A stretch of 64,000 nucleotides of DNA, taken from Chrysomallon squamiferum (taxonomy: Eukaryota; Animalia; Mollusca). How positions within the stretch are numbered: position 1 is the stretch's first letter; each line of letters begins with the position of its first letter. Shown here in pieces: positions 1 through 13,161 of the stretch. The stretch is taken from the NCBI GenBank assembly GCA_012295275.1, contig CM022677.1, positions 16,430,001 through 16,494,000 on the forward strand, read 5' to 3'. The notes beneath the pieces are model-generated. The model was not told the DNA's origin. It did not search any database and saw only the letters and a list, made by a program, of their open reading frames with translations. A program made the position numbers and the translations under genes.

Positions 1-290
1 TTTGATTTTAATACAGATTTAATACCTGCTTCCTGGTTTATTTCTTGAAACATATCTCACTTTATTTTTTGATTGCTTTAATACACTTCATTTTCACCTT
101 GTCCTCATTTGTTGATTCTTCTCACCTTCATCATCCTTCTTTCACTCCATTTCCTTTTATTATTGCTTTATAATCTTTATTTTTCTCTGTTCTTTAGTGT
201 CACTTTTTTCTTTCAGTCTTCTGGCTCTATATCTTTTTCTGTGTCTTTCCTACACACCCACACAGAACAGTACTATACTCACATCAGAAA
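1..290. repeat. Unclassified interspersed repeat, inverted copy at about 20295-20590
   Basis: 1-290 aligns by eye to the reverse complement of 20295-20590 (e.g. TTTAATACACTTCATTTTCAC / GTGAAAATGGAGTGTATTAAA). Confidence 0.75.
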
Positions 291-345
291 CTGAATCAGT
301 ACTCACATCAGAAACTGAATCTATATGTGTGTGTGTGTGTGTGTT

Positions 346-399
<54 letters not shown>

Positions 400-1099
400 G
401 TTTTGGGTTTATTTATTTATAATATTTATTTATAATATTTATTTATAATTAACCAAGCATGTCATAGTCATCTTTTTTTTTTTCTTCAAGTTTGTGTAAA
501 AATTGGAAGTGTTTTCATACAGTATTGCAAAGAATCGCTACCACTGACAGAAAAAAAAAAAAAATTATCGTAAGGAATTACGGAAATTACCGAATGTCGT
601 GATAAAGGGAAGTAATTTAGTTTTCGTAACTCGGCGAAAAATGTCGCTGCTTCGCTTGGTTGCTAATGACATTTCGTTATAATGAAAAAAAAAAAAAAAA
701 AAAAAAAAATTCGTGAATTTTAGTTTGACACATGGGTGTGTTGATAAATTGTTTTCCTGTTTTGAAGCAGATTAAATTAAATGATCAAGAAAAATGAGCT
801 AAAAAATAAGTGAGAAAATATTGTTTTGCTTTCCTTTTTTTTCTAATGATAAAAATATATTGCTAATGCCAATTCGATATTTTTAATTTACCGTATCACG
901 AAAGACCACCATAACTCAAATGCATGTAGATAGATAAAGATACAGAGGTAGAGAGTTATATATATATTTATAAAGAGAGAGAGAGATGTAAGGAATACTG
1001 ATAGACAAACAAATAGATTGAGATAGATAGATAGATACAGAGATAAAGCGATAGGTATAGATATACACACATATTGACCATCACGTTCGTGATTGTATA

Positions 1100-1168
<69 letters not shown>

Positions 1169-1806
1169 GTTAATAGAGTTTGCTTTTTACTAAAATGCAC
1201 TTGTTGATCTCTAGGTAATAAACTTAAGACCACTAAGTAAACTTTGGTCCTGACACAACTGATTAGTAGGTTATGTCACAGATAACACGTGCTTCAGTAA
1301 CAAGTCATATATTTACACAAGCTGTACAGAGATAACAAGTATTTCAAACAGTCGCTTGGGAGATATTCTTTTTACAATATAAAATCAAGTTATTGAAATG
1401 AAAATAGTTTTATACAAATTAAAGAAAGTACAGTTATTCCTTGCAACCATAATAATATTATTCGTATTAAGACAGTCATTGAACTGATATTTTTAAGTAT
1501 TATTAGGAGAAGAATTAATACTAAATAGTAGTAGTAATAGCAGCAGTAGTATGGTAGTAGTAGTTACAGCAGTAGTAGTATGTTAGCAGTAGAAGCAGGA
1601 GTAGTATTACAAAGTGTAGTAATCGTGGTAGTTAAAATAGTTGTAGTGGTAGTGATAGTTTTAATGGTAGTGCTAGCTTTAGCATCAGCACTACTAAATA
1701 AATTCATAAAAGTGTTTCGTAACCAGAATCTTATTTATTCGTTTGTTTGTTTGTTTGTTTTTAATTTTTTCCAAGCGCGCATATATGTTTACGAGTCCAT
1801 TAAAAG

Positions 1807-1894
<88 letters not shown>

Positions 1895-2525
1895 AAAGTT
1901 CACGTTGCAATAAAATGCACTTGTTTATCTCTAGGTAACACGTTTGCGATAACTGAGTAAACTTCTGTCTGGACATTTTCTCACTCCTGTGTTTTTTTAT
2001 AAGTTAACTCTGTACAAACACAGATAACAAATATTTCGAACTCTAGTCGGAGAAATTTATGAATTTACAAAACACAGTCTAGTCAGTTCAAACGCAACTC
2101 AATTTAAATAGGTCAAAACGAATCACATTTGCAATGTCAAACAATCAAACATTTTATCACAATGAAATTAGAATTTAGAAGACAAGTTTTTTTTCTACTT
2201 ATTATTATTATCATCATCATTATTACTATTTATTGTTGTTTTTGTTGTTGTTATTTTAAATTTTGTTAAGCGATTAAACCAAGTTCCTCCTATATTTCAA
2301 CAACGAATAAACAGGATTTATTTTAAGAAATATTTTATCTGTACACTCGGCCATCAACACAGCGTAATTATGTGCGTAAAAGTGTAAAAAAAAAAAAAAA
2401 ATAAAAAATGACAACTATGGAGAAATTATCCTCTGTTTCAGATCAATAATTTATTTCCTTTATTAAAAATCAAGAAAGTAAACAGGATTAATACGTGAGT
2501 TGTTTTGTCTCAAACTGTGTTTTTA

Positions 2526-2623
<98 letters not shown>

Positions 2624-3030
2624 CACACACAGTCATGTACACGCAAGAGAATAAATATACGTACATATTTAAAGTACATAGACACATAGGCACATACAGA
2701 TACACATACACACAGATTTAAAAATAAATGTACTCTTCCTGGAAAAACGAAATATCTAAAACACGGTGTTAAGTATCTTTGTTACAAGTTTGGTTCATCC
2801 TCTCGGCGTATTTTGTTCTCGTTCTTTATATTTCAGCTGAAATTCGACGCTATTTCTCATTTTACCTGCGATGACGTCATATGATCGCGTGACCTTTTTG
2901 TCACGTCGCACTTGTACCGTGTTGTCATTTGTATGTTTTATTACCACCCATGACCGAATTAAGAAACAGAAAATATTAAAGTTAATAATGATAATAGTAA
3001 ATAAAAATATTTAATACAAATTAGTAGTAC

Positions 3031-3080
<50 letters not shown>

Positions 3081-3081
3081 A

Positions 3082-3134
<53 letters not shown>

Positions 3135-3206
3135 CAGTAATGATAATAAATGAAAATTTCGACAGAAAAGGTACAAGAAAAAAGCAACTTAAAAATAATA
3201 CATCCA

Positions 3207-3282
<76 letters not shown>

Positions 3283-3992
3283 TAAAGAAATGAAAAAAGA
3301 AAAAGGATTAAAAAATGAATATTTGTATGGATAAATAAACGATAGATATGGATAGGTAGATAGATAGCTATACATAGGTACATAGACAGGGAGAGAGGCA
3401 AATAGTGAGACATAGAATCAGATAGATACAGAGATACAAACAGACAGACAGATAGAGAGACAGACAGTATTATATGAATATTCATATGATATATGCTCCA
3501 CAACTGCTACTGCTGGTTCTACTTCTACTACTATTACTACCACTACTACCTTTACCACCACCACCACTACTGTTCCTACTACTACAACTATTATTGTAAA
3601 ATAAATAAATTTGATCCATTAATATTACTACTACTATAGTATCAGTACCACTACTACAATTATTGTTACAACAGCAACAACAACTACTACTACTACTACT
3701 AAGACTGCTGCTACTGCTACTACAACTAGTAGTACAACCATACATACATACATACACTCATTCATTTATACATACATACATACATGGCAACACAAAATGG
3801 CTGTCAAATTAGTTAATGAAACTTAAAACGGTTTGCGATGAACTGCACGCAAAGATTTTAAACAATACTTGTTTGCCTGTGTTTGTCTGACAGAATGACA
3901 GACAGTTGATATCTTGTATAGTCTAACCTCTTTATAACGTCGACTACTGATACTCAAATGATACTGGCGTTACTGTTTCTGAACTTGATCAG

Positions 3993-4025
<33 letters not shown>

Positions 4026-4160
4026 CTTGCACAAACATGTGGTCAAAACCTGAGTCTATCTACACCTATCGATCTATCTCTTTATCTATCTGTCTCAATC
4101 TATTTGTCTGGCTGCTGATCTATCTATCTTTCTATCCATATGCCTTACATCTCTCTCTCT

Positions 4161-4203
<43 letters not shown>

Positions 4204-5386
4204 ATATATATATATATATAAAACTCTCTACCTATCTGTCTATGTCTGTCTACATGCATTAGACTTTTCGAGGTTTTGATGATAAGGCAAATTAAAAGTA
4301 TCGATCTGAAATTAGCAATATATCGTTTCATTAGAAACAAAAGAAAAGAGAAACAATATTTTCTTACTTATTTATTTATTTATTTTTTACTCATTTTCTT
4401 TTTATCATTTAATTTAATCTGCTTCAAAACAGGAAAACAATTGATCAACACACCCAGTGTCAAACCAAAATTTACGACCAATTTTTATATAGAATTTATT
4501 ATAACTCAATATAGAACTGAAACAGATACTATAGAAGCATTCTACCGGATTGATGAATACTTCACGGGATACGCCACAGACTACGTCACAAGTTGTTTTA
4601 CTTAATTTATTTATTTATTTATTAATTTATTTTCTTGTGCTTTGTTTTTCTATCTACAGGCTTTCTTTTATGTGTGTGTTTATGTTTCTTTTTGTTTTAG
4701 TTGGGTTCTTTATTTCTTTCTTTATTTATTTATAACGAAGAATATCAACAATTCAGGCCCACCCTTATTCAGTTAAGAAGCAGTGAATACTTTATATGAA
4801 AGGAAATACCTAAATGAACAATCATACTATAGCTCTTAGAATTCAAAAAAATTTAAAAAATTTAAAAAATTAAAAATAAAAATAAAAATAATAATAATAA
4901 TAATAATACATTTATTGTACCTATATTTTAATTGATTTATTTTCTAAATTAAATTTTTTAAATGTTTTCTTCGGAACATCACTTGTTTAAATTAATATGA
5001 AAAATATTTATTTTATTAGTGAATTCTTCATGGAAATAGGATTTAACTAAATACACCTAGAAGTGGAATATAGGTAGATATTGTAATAGACTGAAGAAAA
5101 TGTGATATATATATTTACTATAGATTTTATTACAACTCAAAATAAAATGAAAGTTGATGATATGAAGAGTTTATACTACATTGATGAAAAAGTTATTAGA
5201 TATACTAAAGATTTTATAATAAATCATTATACAGTTCAAAGAGACAGTATCAAGCATTGTTCCATATGGATGAGTACTTGATACGATGCTGCACAGAGTA
5301 CGTTACAACTAGTTCTGAGCAATAAAGCGGTCGCCATAGTTACAGCGTAAAAACTAGACTGGGACCGATGTAAAGGAATCCTAAGA

Positions 5387-6438
5387 CTCGTATTTAAAAT
5401 GGCGAGGGATGACAAAACAAGATAACATGTCACCGTCATTCACCTCGTACAATCGTACAGTGGCAGACAACTCTAACACTAAAGTACAAATAGCAACAAA
5501 GAAAGACGTTCGTGTTACTTCTGCAACTACGACAGCAGCTTATAGTAACACAACAGAAGCCGGTTCAGTCGAAAACTGGAGAGTGGACGGAAATCTTGAC
5601 CTTCTGGGTAATTATACTTACAACGCGGCATACAAACGAAGAAAAACATTGAACTTGTATGTTAGATGGAAACTCGAGACCGCTACCAGTTCTTTAGTTA
5701 CGATTCGGGGCCTAGGAAGAACGGGAAATTGCTTGATAGGAATCGCATACATGAATAACAAGAAGCCTGCAATTCTTCCCGATAATCCATTACTGAAGTA
5801 TTGTGATTTGATGTTTGTGGAGAAGATTGACGTCAAGAAAGGAAAGTGGGTTCATATTAAAGAGAAACGTTTCGGAGTTTATAACAAAAAGACGTAGAAG
5901 CTGCCGAAAGAAAAAGTTATTTTATTATACTATTTTCAAAGCTGGAAATATTTCAGGGACATTAGCAGTTTAATTCGGGAGGAACTTACTTTTCGATCAG
6001 ATATTGTTAAATCAGCCGAAGACAAATTCATGAGATATGTTTGGAATCGAACGAAACCAATAATTTGAATTCATGTCAGACGTACGGACGTGGTACGAAA
6101 TAAAGTGAAGTACGACAAAGACCGGCTTTCTTACCTCAACAAACCTATGAAATATATGACGTCACAATACGGTAAAGTGAGGTTTCTCAACAGATGACGT
6201 CCAGTGGTGTCGAGAAAGACTGAATAAAAGTGACGTCACTGTGGTAGATAAGGGGGACGCTGGTGTTGATATGTCAATGATGACTAATTGTGATCACATG
6301 ATTATAACCGAGGGATCGTTCAGCTTTTGGACTGCCTGGTTAGCTAATGGGCACACTGTATATTATAACAACAGAGGGGGTAGAGATTTTAGTCAGAAAG
6401 ATTATTATTTACCCACCTGGATTCCTTTAGGTCCATAA
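5387..6438 (+). pseudogene. Decayed GT11 alpha-1,2-fucosyltransferase (FUT1/2-like) pseudogene, 5'-deleted
   Basis: Colinear with the intact paralogs from about codon 38 (SYLKW) to the stop TAA at 6438. It lacks the ATG and TM anchor, has an 18-nt deletion in motif I (GNCL-IGI vs GNCLFEYAALLGI), stops TAG 5895-5897 and TGA 6066-6068, and a 5-nt frameshifting deletion near 6189. Confidence 0.93.
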
Positions 6439-7579
6439 GATAGAGAGAAAAGATAAAAAAAAAAAGAATATGAACTGAAATATCGAGCAATTACTCATTA
6501 ATTCATTTCTTCATCGATTTGTTTTTGTTGTTTGTTAGTTTTGTCTTGCGCTTTTTTTTTTTTTTTCTTTTTTTTTTATAACCTGTGTAAAATATTAGAA
6601 CATGATATGTATTATGTTGTAAATGAGCTAGGTGAAACAATACATTTTCTTACGCTAGTAATACGTTTTAAAAACTTTCAGCTAAATCGAGTCTGCGAAA
6701 GATGAGACGGCCTCAGTTGAATTATTATTTTCCTTTTTGTTATTTTTACTTCAGCTACTGCGTTGGCGACTACTACGTTGGTGTTGTAGTTGTCATCTTC
6801 ATCATTTATTATGATTAATACTGGTACTATTACCGCTTGTACGATAGTTATAATTCTTATTACCATTATTATTTTTGACATCATCATCATCACTTCTACT
6901 ACTAGAAGTATTGCTGTCTGTATCATTTTTATTGTTATGATTATTACAACTACTGCTACTGTCACTGTTACTATTATTGTTGTTGTTGTTGTTATCAGAG
7001 GCCGAAATGTAATAATGAAACAAGTGATAAAGACAAAAAATATAATTATAATAATAACAACAACAACAATAATTATATGATATTGGTAAAATAATACATA
7101 ATTAAAATCAACTCAAATCAAATCAAATCAATAATATACGTATATTAAATGTATTTAAAAAGGGGGAAAGAAAAAAAGAAAATGAATCCTTAAAATAATT
7201 ATAATAACATTTTCTACATTCCTCTCTCTCTCTCGTAAGCTAAAATGTTATGTATAACTTTGTCTTAACGAGGAACATCTGAAATTACATCCTTCCTTTG
7301 TTATTGTTTTCTGTTTGTATGTGTGTGTATTATTTTTTCTATTGAGAGCACCTGTGTACCACACTATAATCATGGATTCGTTAATTTATGACATAACAAA
7401 GGAAGCTGGGTAATATTACTTAACTATGATGGCTGACTGATCATGATAAATGTAAAGAGAATAATAATAAAATAAATAAAAGAAAATAAAGAAATCTGAT
7501 ACAGAAAGCCAGATGCGAAAGCATTACAAATCTGTGTGTGTGTGTGTGAGTGTGTGTGTTGTGTGTGTGTGTGTGTGTA

Positions 7580-7659
<80 letters not shown>

Positions 7660-9608
7660 AAAGGCAAATGTGGAGAAAACAATAGTTTACTATCGTCAAC
7701 AAATATTTAACTTCTGTAAAACAATACTGACAAAACGAAATCAAGTATTAAACTGAAAATTGTAATCGTGTGTATATGTGTCTCTGTGTGCGTTTGTGTG
7801 TCTGTGTGTGTGTGTGCGTGTGTGTGTGTATGCGTGTGTGTGTGTGTGTGATGAGGCAGAATTTAAAAAAAAATCGAGTTAAAGAAAGAACGAAACGGAA
7901 AAAAAATGTGATAGAGGAATATCCTGAAAAAGTGAAATATAAAACGAGATATGGAGAACAAATATTTTAACTTAATATTTATTTACTGTTAAACGTTATC
8001 TCCAACAAATATTCAACTTCAAATACTGACGAAACGAAACTAAGTATTAAACTGCCGACGTAGGACTGATAAAGACGCATTCACACTAGACAATCCGTTT
8101 TACCGATTACTCTAGACTTTCCACAGAAAAACATGCTCATTCTAATATAAAGAACTTTGGAGGTGTTTATGTATGTCTATCTGCCTGTATAATGTATGTA
8201 TTTATGTTTGTGTGTTTATATGTGTGTGGGTTTGTATGCGTATGTCATAGTTTTGAGTATGCATCTGTGTGAGCGTGTGTGTGTGTATATGTGTTTGTAC
8301 ATATACATATTAATTAAAGTTTCATTATAAGATTTTGACTTAATATTAAAACAATTTACTACTTTGAAACTGAGTGGATTTATCAGTTAGTTTGGTCTAC
8401 TGAAAAATGTGTTGATTTATCGGTTAGTTTTATCTTCGGAAACTGTGTGGATTTATCAGTTACTTTGGTCTAATTTTAACAAGAACCAGATTTGATGTAA
8501 ATAACAGTTATTAGACAAAACTACGACACAGTTTATAAAAAAAAAAAAAACACTGGTGAACAGTCCGAATCTAGAATTTAGAATTTCGTGTACGATACAT
8601 ACAAGGACAAATAACAGATCACCTTATGTCATATCAAACTTTTTATTTAACAGTTTCTTAGAAAATTTGTTAATTAATAATGACAAAATCGAAAACAACA
8701 ACAATAATAATAACAGCAACAACAACAACAACAATAACAATAATAATTATTGTTGTTGTTTTATTTTTTGAAAAAAAAAAACCTGTGTAAAACATTACAA
8801 CATGGTACGTGCTATCCTGTATATGAGCTAGGTGAAACAATACATTTTCTAACGCTAGTAATACATTTAAAAAAATTTCAGCTAACGAGTCTGTGAAAGA
8901 TGAAACGATCTCAGCTGAATTATCCTATCCATTTTTGTTATTCTTACTTCAACTACTACCACGACGTTTGCAACGACAGTGCTGTCGTTATTTTTATTAC
9001 TATTTCATCATCATCGTCGTCAAGATTTAGTATTTGTTAGTAATTGATATCTGTGCATATAATAACAACGAAGCAAGCATGGATTGCATAGCATTTACGC
9101 ATGAACTGCCATATACAGATGAAACATTGAGGGCGAGTTTGTAAGGAAACGTTATTTTCTTTCTTTCTATTATTCACCACAATCTAAACATGAACGTAAA
9201 ATATTCTGCACGTTGTCGGTCATTTATGACACGACAAAGAAAGCTGGGTAGTATTACTTCACTGTTGTGGATGATATATATATACACTAAAGATTTTATC
9301 AGAAGTCAAAATACAGTTGAAAGAGACAGTGTCAAGCTTTGTACCGGATGGATGAGTGCGTGAAACGATACACCACAAAGTACGTCAGAACTAATTCTGA
9401 GCGATGACGCGGTCGCCATAGTTACAGCGTAAAAACTAAGACTAGGACCGATGTAAAGGAATCCTACGATTCATATCTAATAACAAATTTAAAAAAACAA
9501 CAAAAAAAAACAACAACACTATATTCTGAGCATCAGTATGTAAAAATGATAAAACAATAATTCTTGCAGTCTGAATTTATTTATTTATTTATTTATTTAT
9601 TTATTCAT

Positions 9609-9643
<35 letters not shown>

Positions 9644-10099
9644 TTTTTGTTTATTTGTTTTGTTCGTTGTTTTGTTCCTTTGCTGTTTTGTTTTTGTTTC
9701 CTATATTTCATACATATTTTACTCATTCGTTTTTCCATCTATCTATTTAAATATTTATTCGTTTGTTTATTTATTTATTTATTTATTTGTTAGACTCCGT
9801 AGTAACAATGACGACAACTTCAACAACAATAACAACAACAACAACAAAACAACAATAATACTAATATTAAATATATTTAAAAGGAGTTGAAATCGAGAAG
9901 ATAAAATGACTTGGACAATCTTGAAACTTGAAAAAAACTGACATGATTATTGTGAAATACGAAAAACCCAGGACATCCTCTATTCAATTCTGCCCTTATT
10001 CAGTTACAGTGCAATGAATTTTCTACATGTAAAAAAAAAAAAAAAAAAAAAAAAAAATAAAAATCAAAATTAAAATTATAAAAAAAAATGCTCTTAAAA

Positions 10100-10262
10100 A
10101 GCTTTATTTACCTGGTATCATGAGAACTGCACACTGTTTCGTCTGATCTTATTGGACAGTGTGTCTGTCAGTCATACTGTACTGATTAAACCACGCCTCT
10201 TCCGTTGACCGAGGAAGAAACTTTTACATAATAATGAGAAAGGGCACGTACATTGCACGAAG
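10100..10262 (+). other. Probable non-coding 5'UTR exon of FUT-A (5' boundary approximate)
   Basis: Conserved block ending TTGCACGAAG|GTAAGTT (GT at 10263), with homologous donors at 40225 and 46969. Confidence 0.6.
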
Positions 10263-10267
10263 GTAAG

Positions 10268-10302
<35 letters not shown>

Positions 10303-10847
10303 TTGATTTATTTATTCATTTTTTCCGTTTTTCACTTTTTCTCTTTATACTACCTGCATACTGAATAATTTATTTTCAAAATTCGTACTGTTTTTGAATT
10401 CGTAATTTGCAACGTGACTTCTTTAAATTAGGGTTTCGCCTACAATTAATATGAAAATCACGTATTTGTTTAAGGTATTCTCCATGGAAATAATATTTAG
10501 CTTGAAATGTTTGAAATGTATGTATGTATGTATGTGCGTGTATATGTCTGTGTCTATGTTTGTAGTGGGGTAGGTGGGGGAGCTGGATGGATGGATGCAT
10601 TCATGTATCTATCTAAGTGTGTAAAATTTTATATACGTATATGTAATATTATATACGTATAAACAGATAGTTGCAACTACATAAATAAACGTAACTCTAA
10701 ACCTTCACTTTAATACTTTAATTAGTTAACTGTTCTAAACATCATTTTACTTCATCTTTTTTTTTTTCTTTAGCCCGCCTTATCGTTGTCTCAAAATTAA
10801 CAATGAAACCTGTCGTAATTTAATAGTGAAAACTGCTTTTCAACTAA

Positions 10848-10933
<86 letters not shown>

Positions 10934-10984
10934 GCACTTCTTTAGTTCTCAAGCAAAGCAGGGCGTGAGAGAGAGAGTAACTGT

Positions 10985-11574
10985 CAAGAGGACGACATTT
11001 AATTAATATTTAAATTAAATTTATTTCATGTCCATTAATTAATATCCAATAGGACTGCTGTTACATCAACGCTCACCAAGAGGACTGCCACATTAACATT
11101 TCGTTCGTGCAACAGAAGTGCTATTAAGATCCAACTTTCCCAAGAGTACTGCCACTCAACAAATTCGTCCAAGAGGACCGCCACTTATTGACATGAAGTT
11201 TATGCAAGACCACTTGATAACGTCTAATTTGTACAAGGGACTGCCACTTATTACATCAGATATTTGGAGGACTGCCATCTGGTGACATCAAGTTTATACG
11301 AGATTTTATAAACATCAGTTATCAATGTCCATTTTATCAGGTGAATTTAAGTTTGTTAACATCATGTTCTCCGAAGAGGACTGCCACTGTGAACCTCAAG
11401 TTTCCATAAAACGTACAACTGTTTAACACCAACTATTTTTATACAAGGACTTCCATTTATAAACATCTATAGTTTATAGCAGGGAGGTTTCATTGACCTC
11501 GAAAGGGAAAGGAGGTCTGCCACTTGTTATTATCCACAGTTCGTCTCGGAGGACTGCCACTAACTAACTTTCAG
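10985..11574 (+). repeat. Degenerate AGGACTGCCAC-core array ending in the FUT-A splice acceptor
   Basis: About 11 cores at roughly 30-35 bp (or multiple) spacing. The last is followed by TAACTAACTTTCAG (AG at 11573-11574). Confidence 0.8.
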
Positions 11575-11619
11575 TTCGTCATCTCGTCAACATCGAACAG
11601 AACAGCCGATCATTAAAAC

Positions 11620-12807
11620 ATGAATAAATCAAAATATGTCTGGATGTTTATTCTGATCATCGTTTCAGTAATTGTAATTAATATATTTTTATACGAAAAC
11701 AGTGTGAACACGTATTTAACAAGTATCAGCAATTCGTATTTAAAATGGCAAGGGATAACAAAACAAGATAACATGACATCATTATTCACCTCGTACAATC
11801 GTACAGCAACAGATAACTCTAACAAAAGCGTACAATTGGTAACAAACAAAGATGTTGATGTTAGTTCTGCAACTACGACGGCAGCTTATAGTAACACAAG
11901 AGAAGCCAGTTCAATCGAAAACTGGGGAGTGGACGGAAATCACGACCTTCTGGGTAATTATACTTACGACGCGGCGTACAAACGAAGAAAAACATTGAAC
12001 TTGTATGTTAGATGGAATCTGAAGACCGCTACTAATTCTTTAGTTACGATTCGGAATGCAGGAAGAACGGGAAATTGCTTGTTTGAGTATGCGGCATTGT
12101 TAGGAATCGCATACATGAATAACAAGAAGCCTGCAATATCTCCCGACAATCCGTTACTGAAGTATTTTGATTTGACGTTTGTGGAAAAGATTGACGTCAA
12201 GAAAGGAAAGTGGGTTCGTGTTAGAGAGAAAAGTTACGGAATTTATGACAGAAAGATGGAGAAGCTACCGAAAGAAAAAGTTATTTTATCAACATATTTT
12301 CAAAGCTGGAAATATTTCAATAACATTAGCAATTTAGTTCGAGAGGAACTCACTTTTAGATCAAATATTGTCAAATCAGGTGAAGACAAATTCATGAAAT
12401 ATGTGTGGAATCGGAAGAAACCAATAATTGGAGTTCACGTCAGACGTACGGACTTGGTAAGAAATAAAGTAAAGTACGACAAAGATCAGCTTTCTTACCT
12501 CAACAAAGCTATGACATATATGACGTCAAGATACGGTAAAGTGACGTTTCTCATAGCTACAGATGACGTCCAGTGGTGTCGAGAAAGACTGAATAAAAGT
12601 GACGTCATTGTGGTAGATAAGGGGGACGCTGGTGTTGATATGTCAATGATGACTAATTGTGATCACATGATTATAACCGAGGGATCGTTCAGTTTTTGGA
12701 TTGCCTGGTTAACTAATGGGCACACTGTGTATTATAAGAACAGAGGTAATAGAGATTTTAGTCAGAAAGATTATTATTTGCCCACCTGGATTCCCTTTGG
12801 TGCATAA
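11620..12807 (+). CDS. Galactoside alpha-1,2-L-fucosyltransferase, GT11 family (FUT1/FUT2/Sec1-like), copy A, 395 aa
   Basis: Single-exon ORF with type II membrane topology (short basic N-tail, hydrophobic VWMFILIIVSVIVINIFLY), S/T-rich stem, and GT11 motifs GRTGNCLFEYA, YFQSWKYF, GVHVRRTD, TDDVQWC, CDHMIITEGSFSFW and YYLPTW. Confidence 0.93.
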   Translation: MNKSKYVWMFILIIVSVIVINIFLYENSVNTYLTSISNSYLKWQGITKQDNMTSLFTSYNRTATDNSNKSVQLVTNKDVDVSSATTTAAYSNTREASSIENWGVDGNHDLLGNYTYDAAYKRRKTLNLYVRWNLKTATNSLVTIRNAGRTGNCLFEYAALLGIAYMNNKKPAISPDNPLLKYFDLTFVEKIDVKKGKWVRVREKSYGIYDRKMEKLPKEKVILSTYFQSWKYFNNISNLVREELTFRSNIVKSGEDKFMKYVWNRKKPIIGVHVRRTDLVRNKVKYDKDQLSYLNKAMTYMTSRYGKVTFLIATDDVQWCRERLNKSDVIVVDKGDAGVDMSMMTNCDHMIITEGSFSFWIAWLTNGHTVYYKNRGNRDFSQKDYYLPTWIPFGA

Positions 12808-13107
12808 GATAGAGAGCAAAGATAAAAAAAAATAATAATGAATAGCTCAAATATCGAACAATTACTCATTAATTCATTTATTCATCGATTTGTTTTTGTT
12901 GTTTGTTAGTTTTGTCTTTCGATTTTTTTTTTTTTTTTTTTTTTTACAAATCTGTTTGAAACATTACAACGTGGTACGTGTTATCCTGTATATGAGTTAG
13001 GTAAAGCAATACATTTTGTAACGCTAGTAATACATTTCAAAACTTTCAGCTAAATCGAGTCATTTTTGTTATTTTCACTTCAACTACTACGTTGGCGACG
13101 ACAGTCC

Positions 13108-13161
<54 letters not shown>

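Noticed and set aside
10985-11574. AGGACTGCCAC arrays or the 66-bp array as CRISPR
   Set aside because: Eukaryotic intronic context with no cas genes. The cores are short and degenerate with mutually related spacers, and the 66-bp array has no spacers.
11964-12200. Conserved antisense ORFs inside the FUT genes (also 5618, 42300, 48619, 11613, 41946, 48265)
   Set aside because: Shadows of the duplicated sense CDS. Their conservation is explained by paralogy.
11620-12807. Horizontal transfer of a bacterial GT11 (intronless CDS)
   Set aside because: The proteins have an animal Golgi type II anchor and stem, and there is a probable 5'UTR intron. Vertebrate FUT1/FUT2 catalytic regions are also encoded by a single exon.
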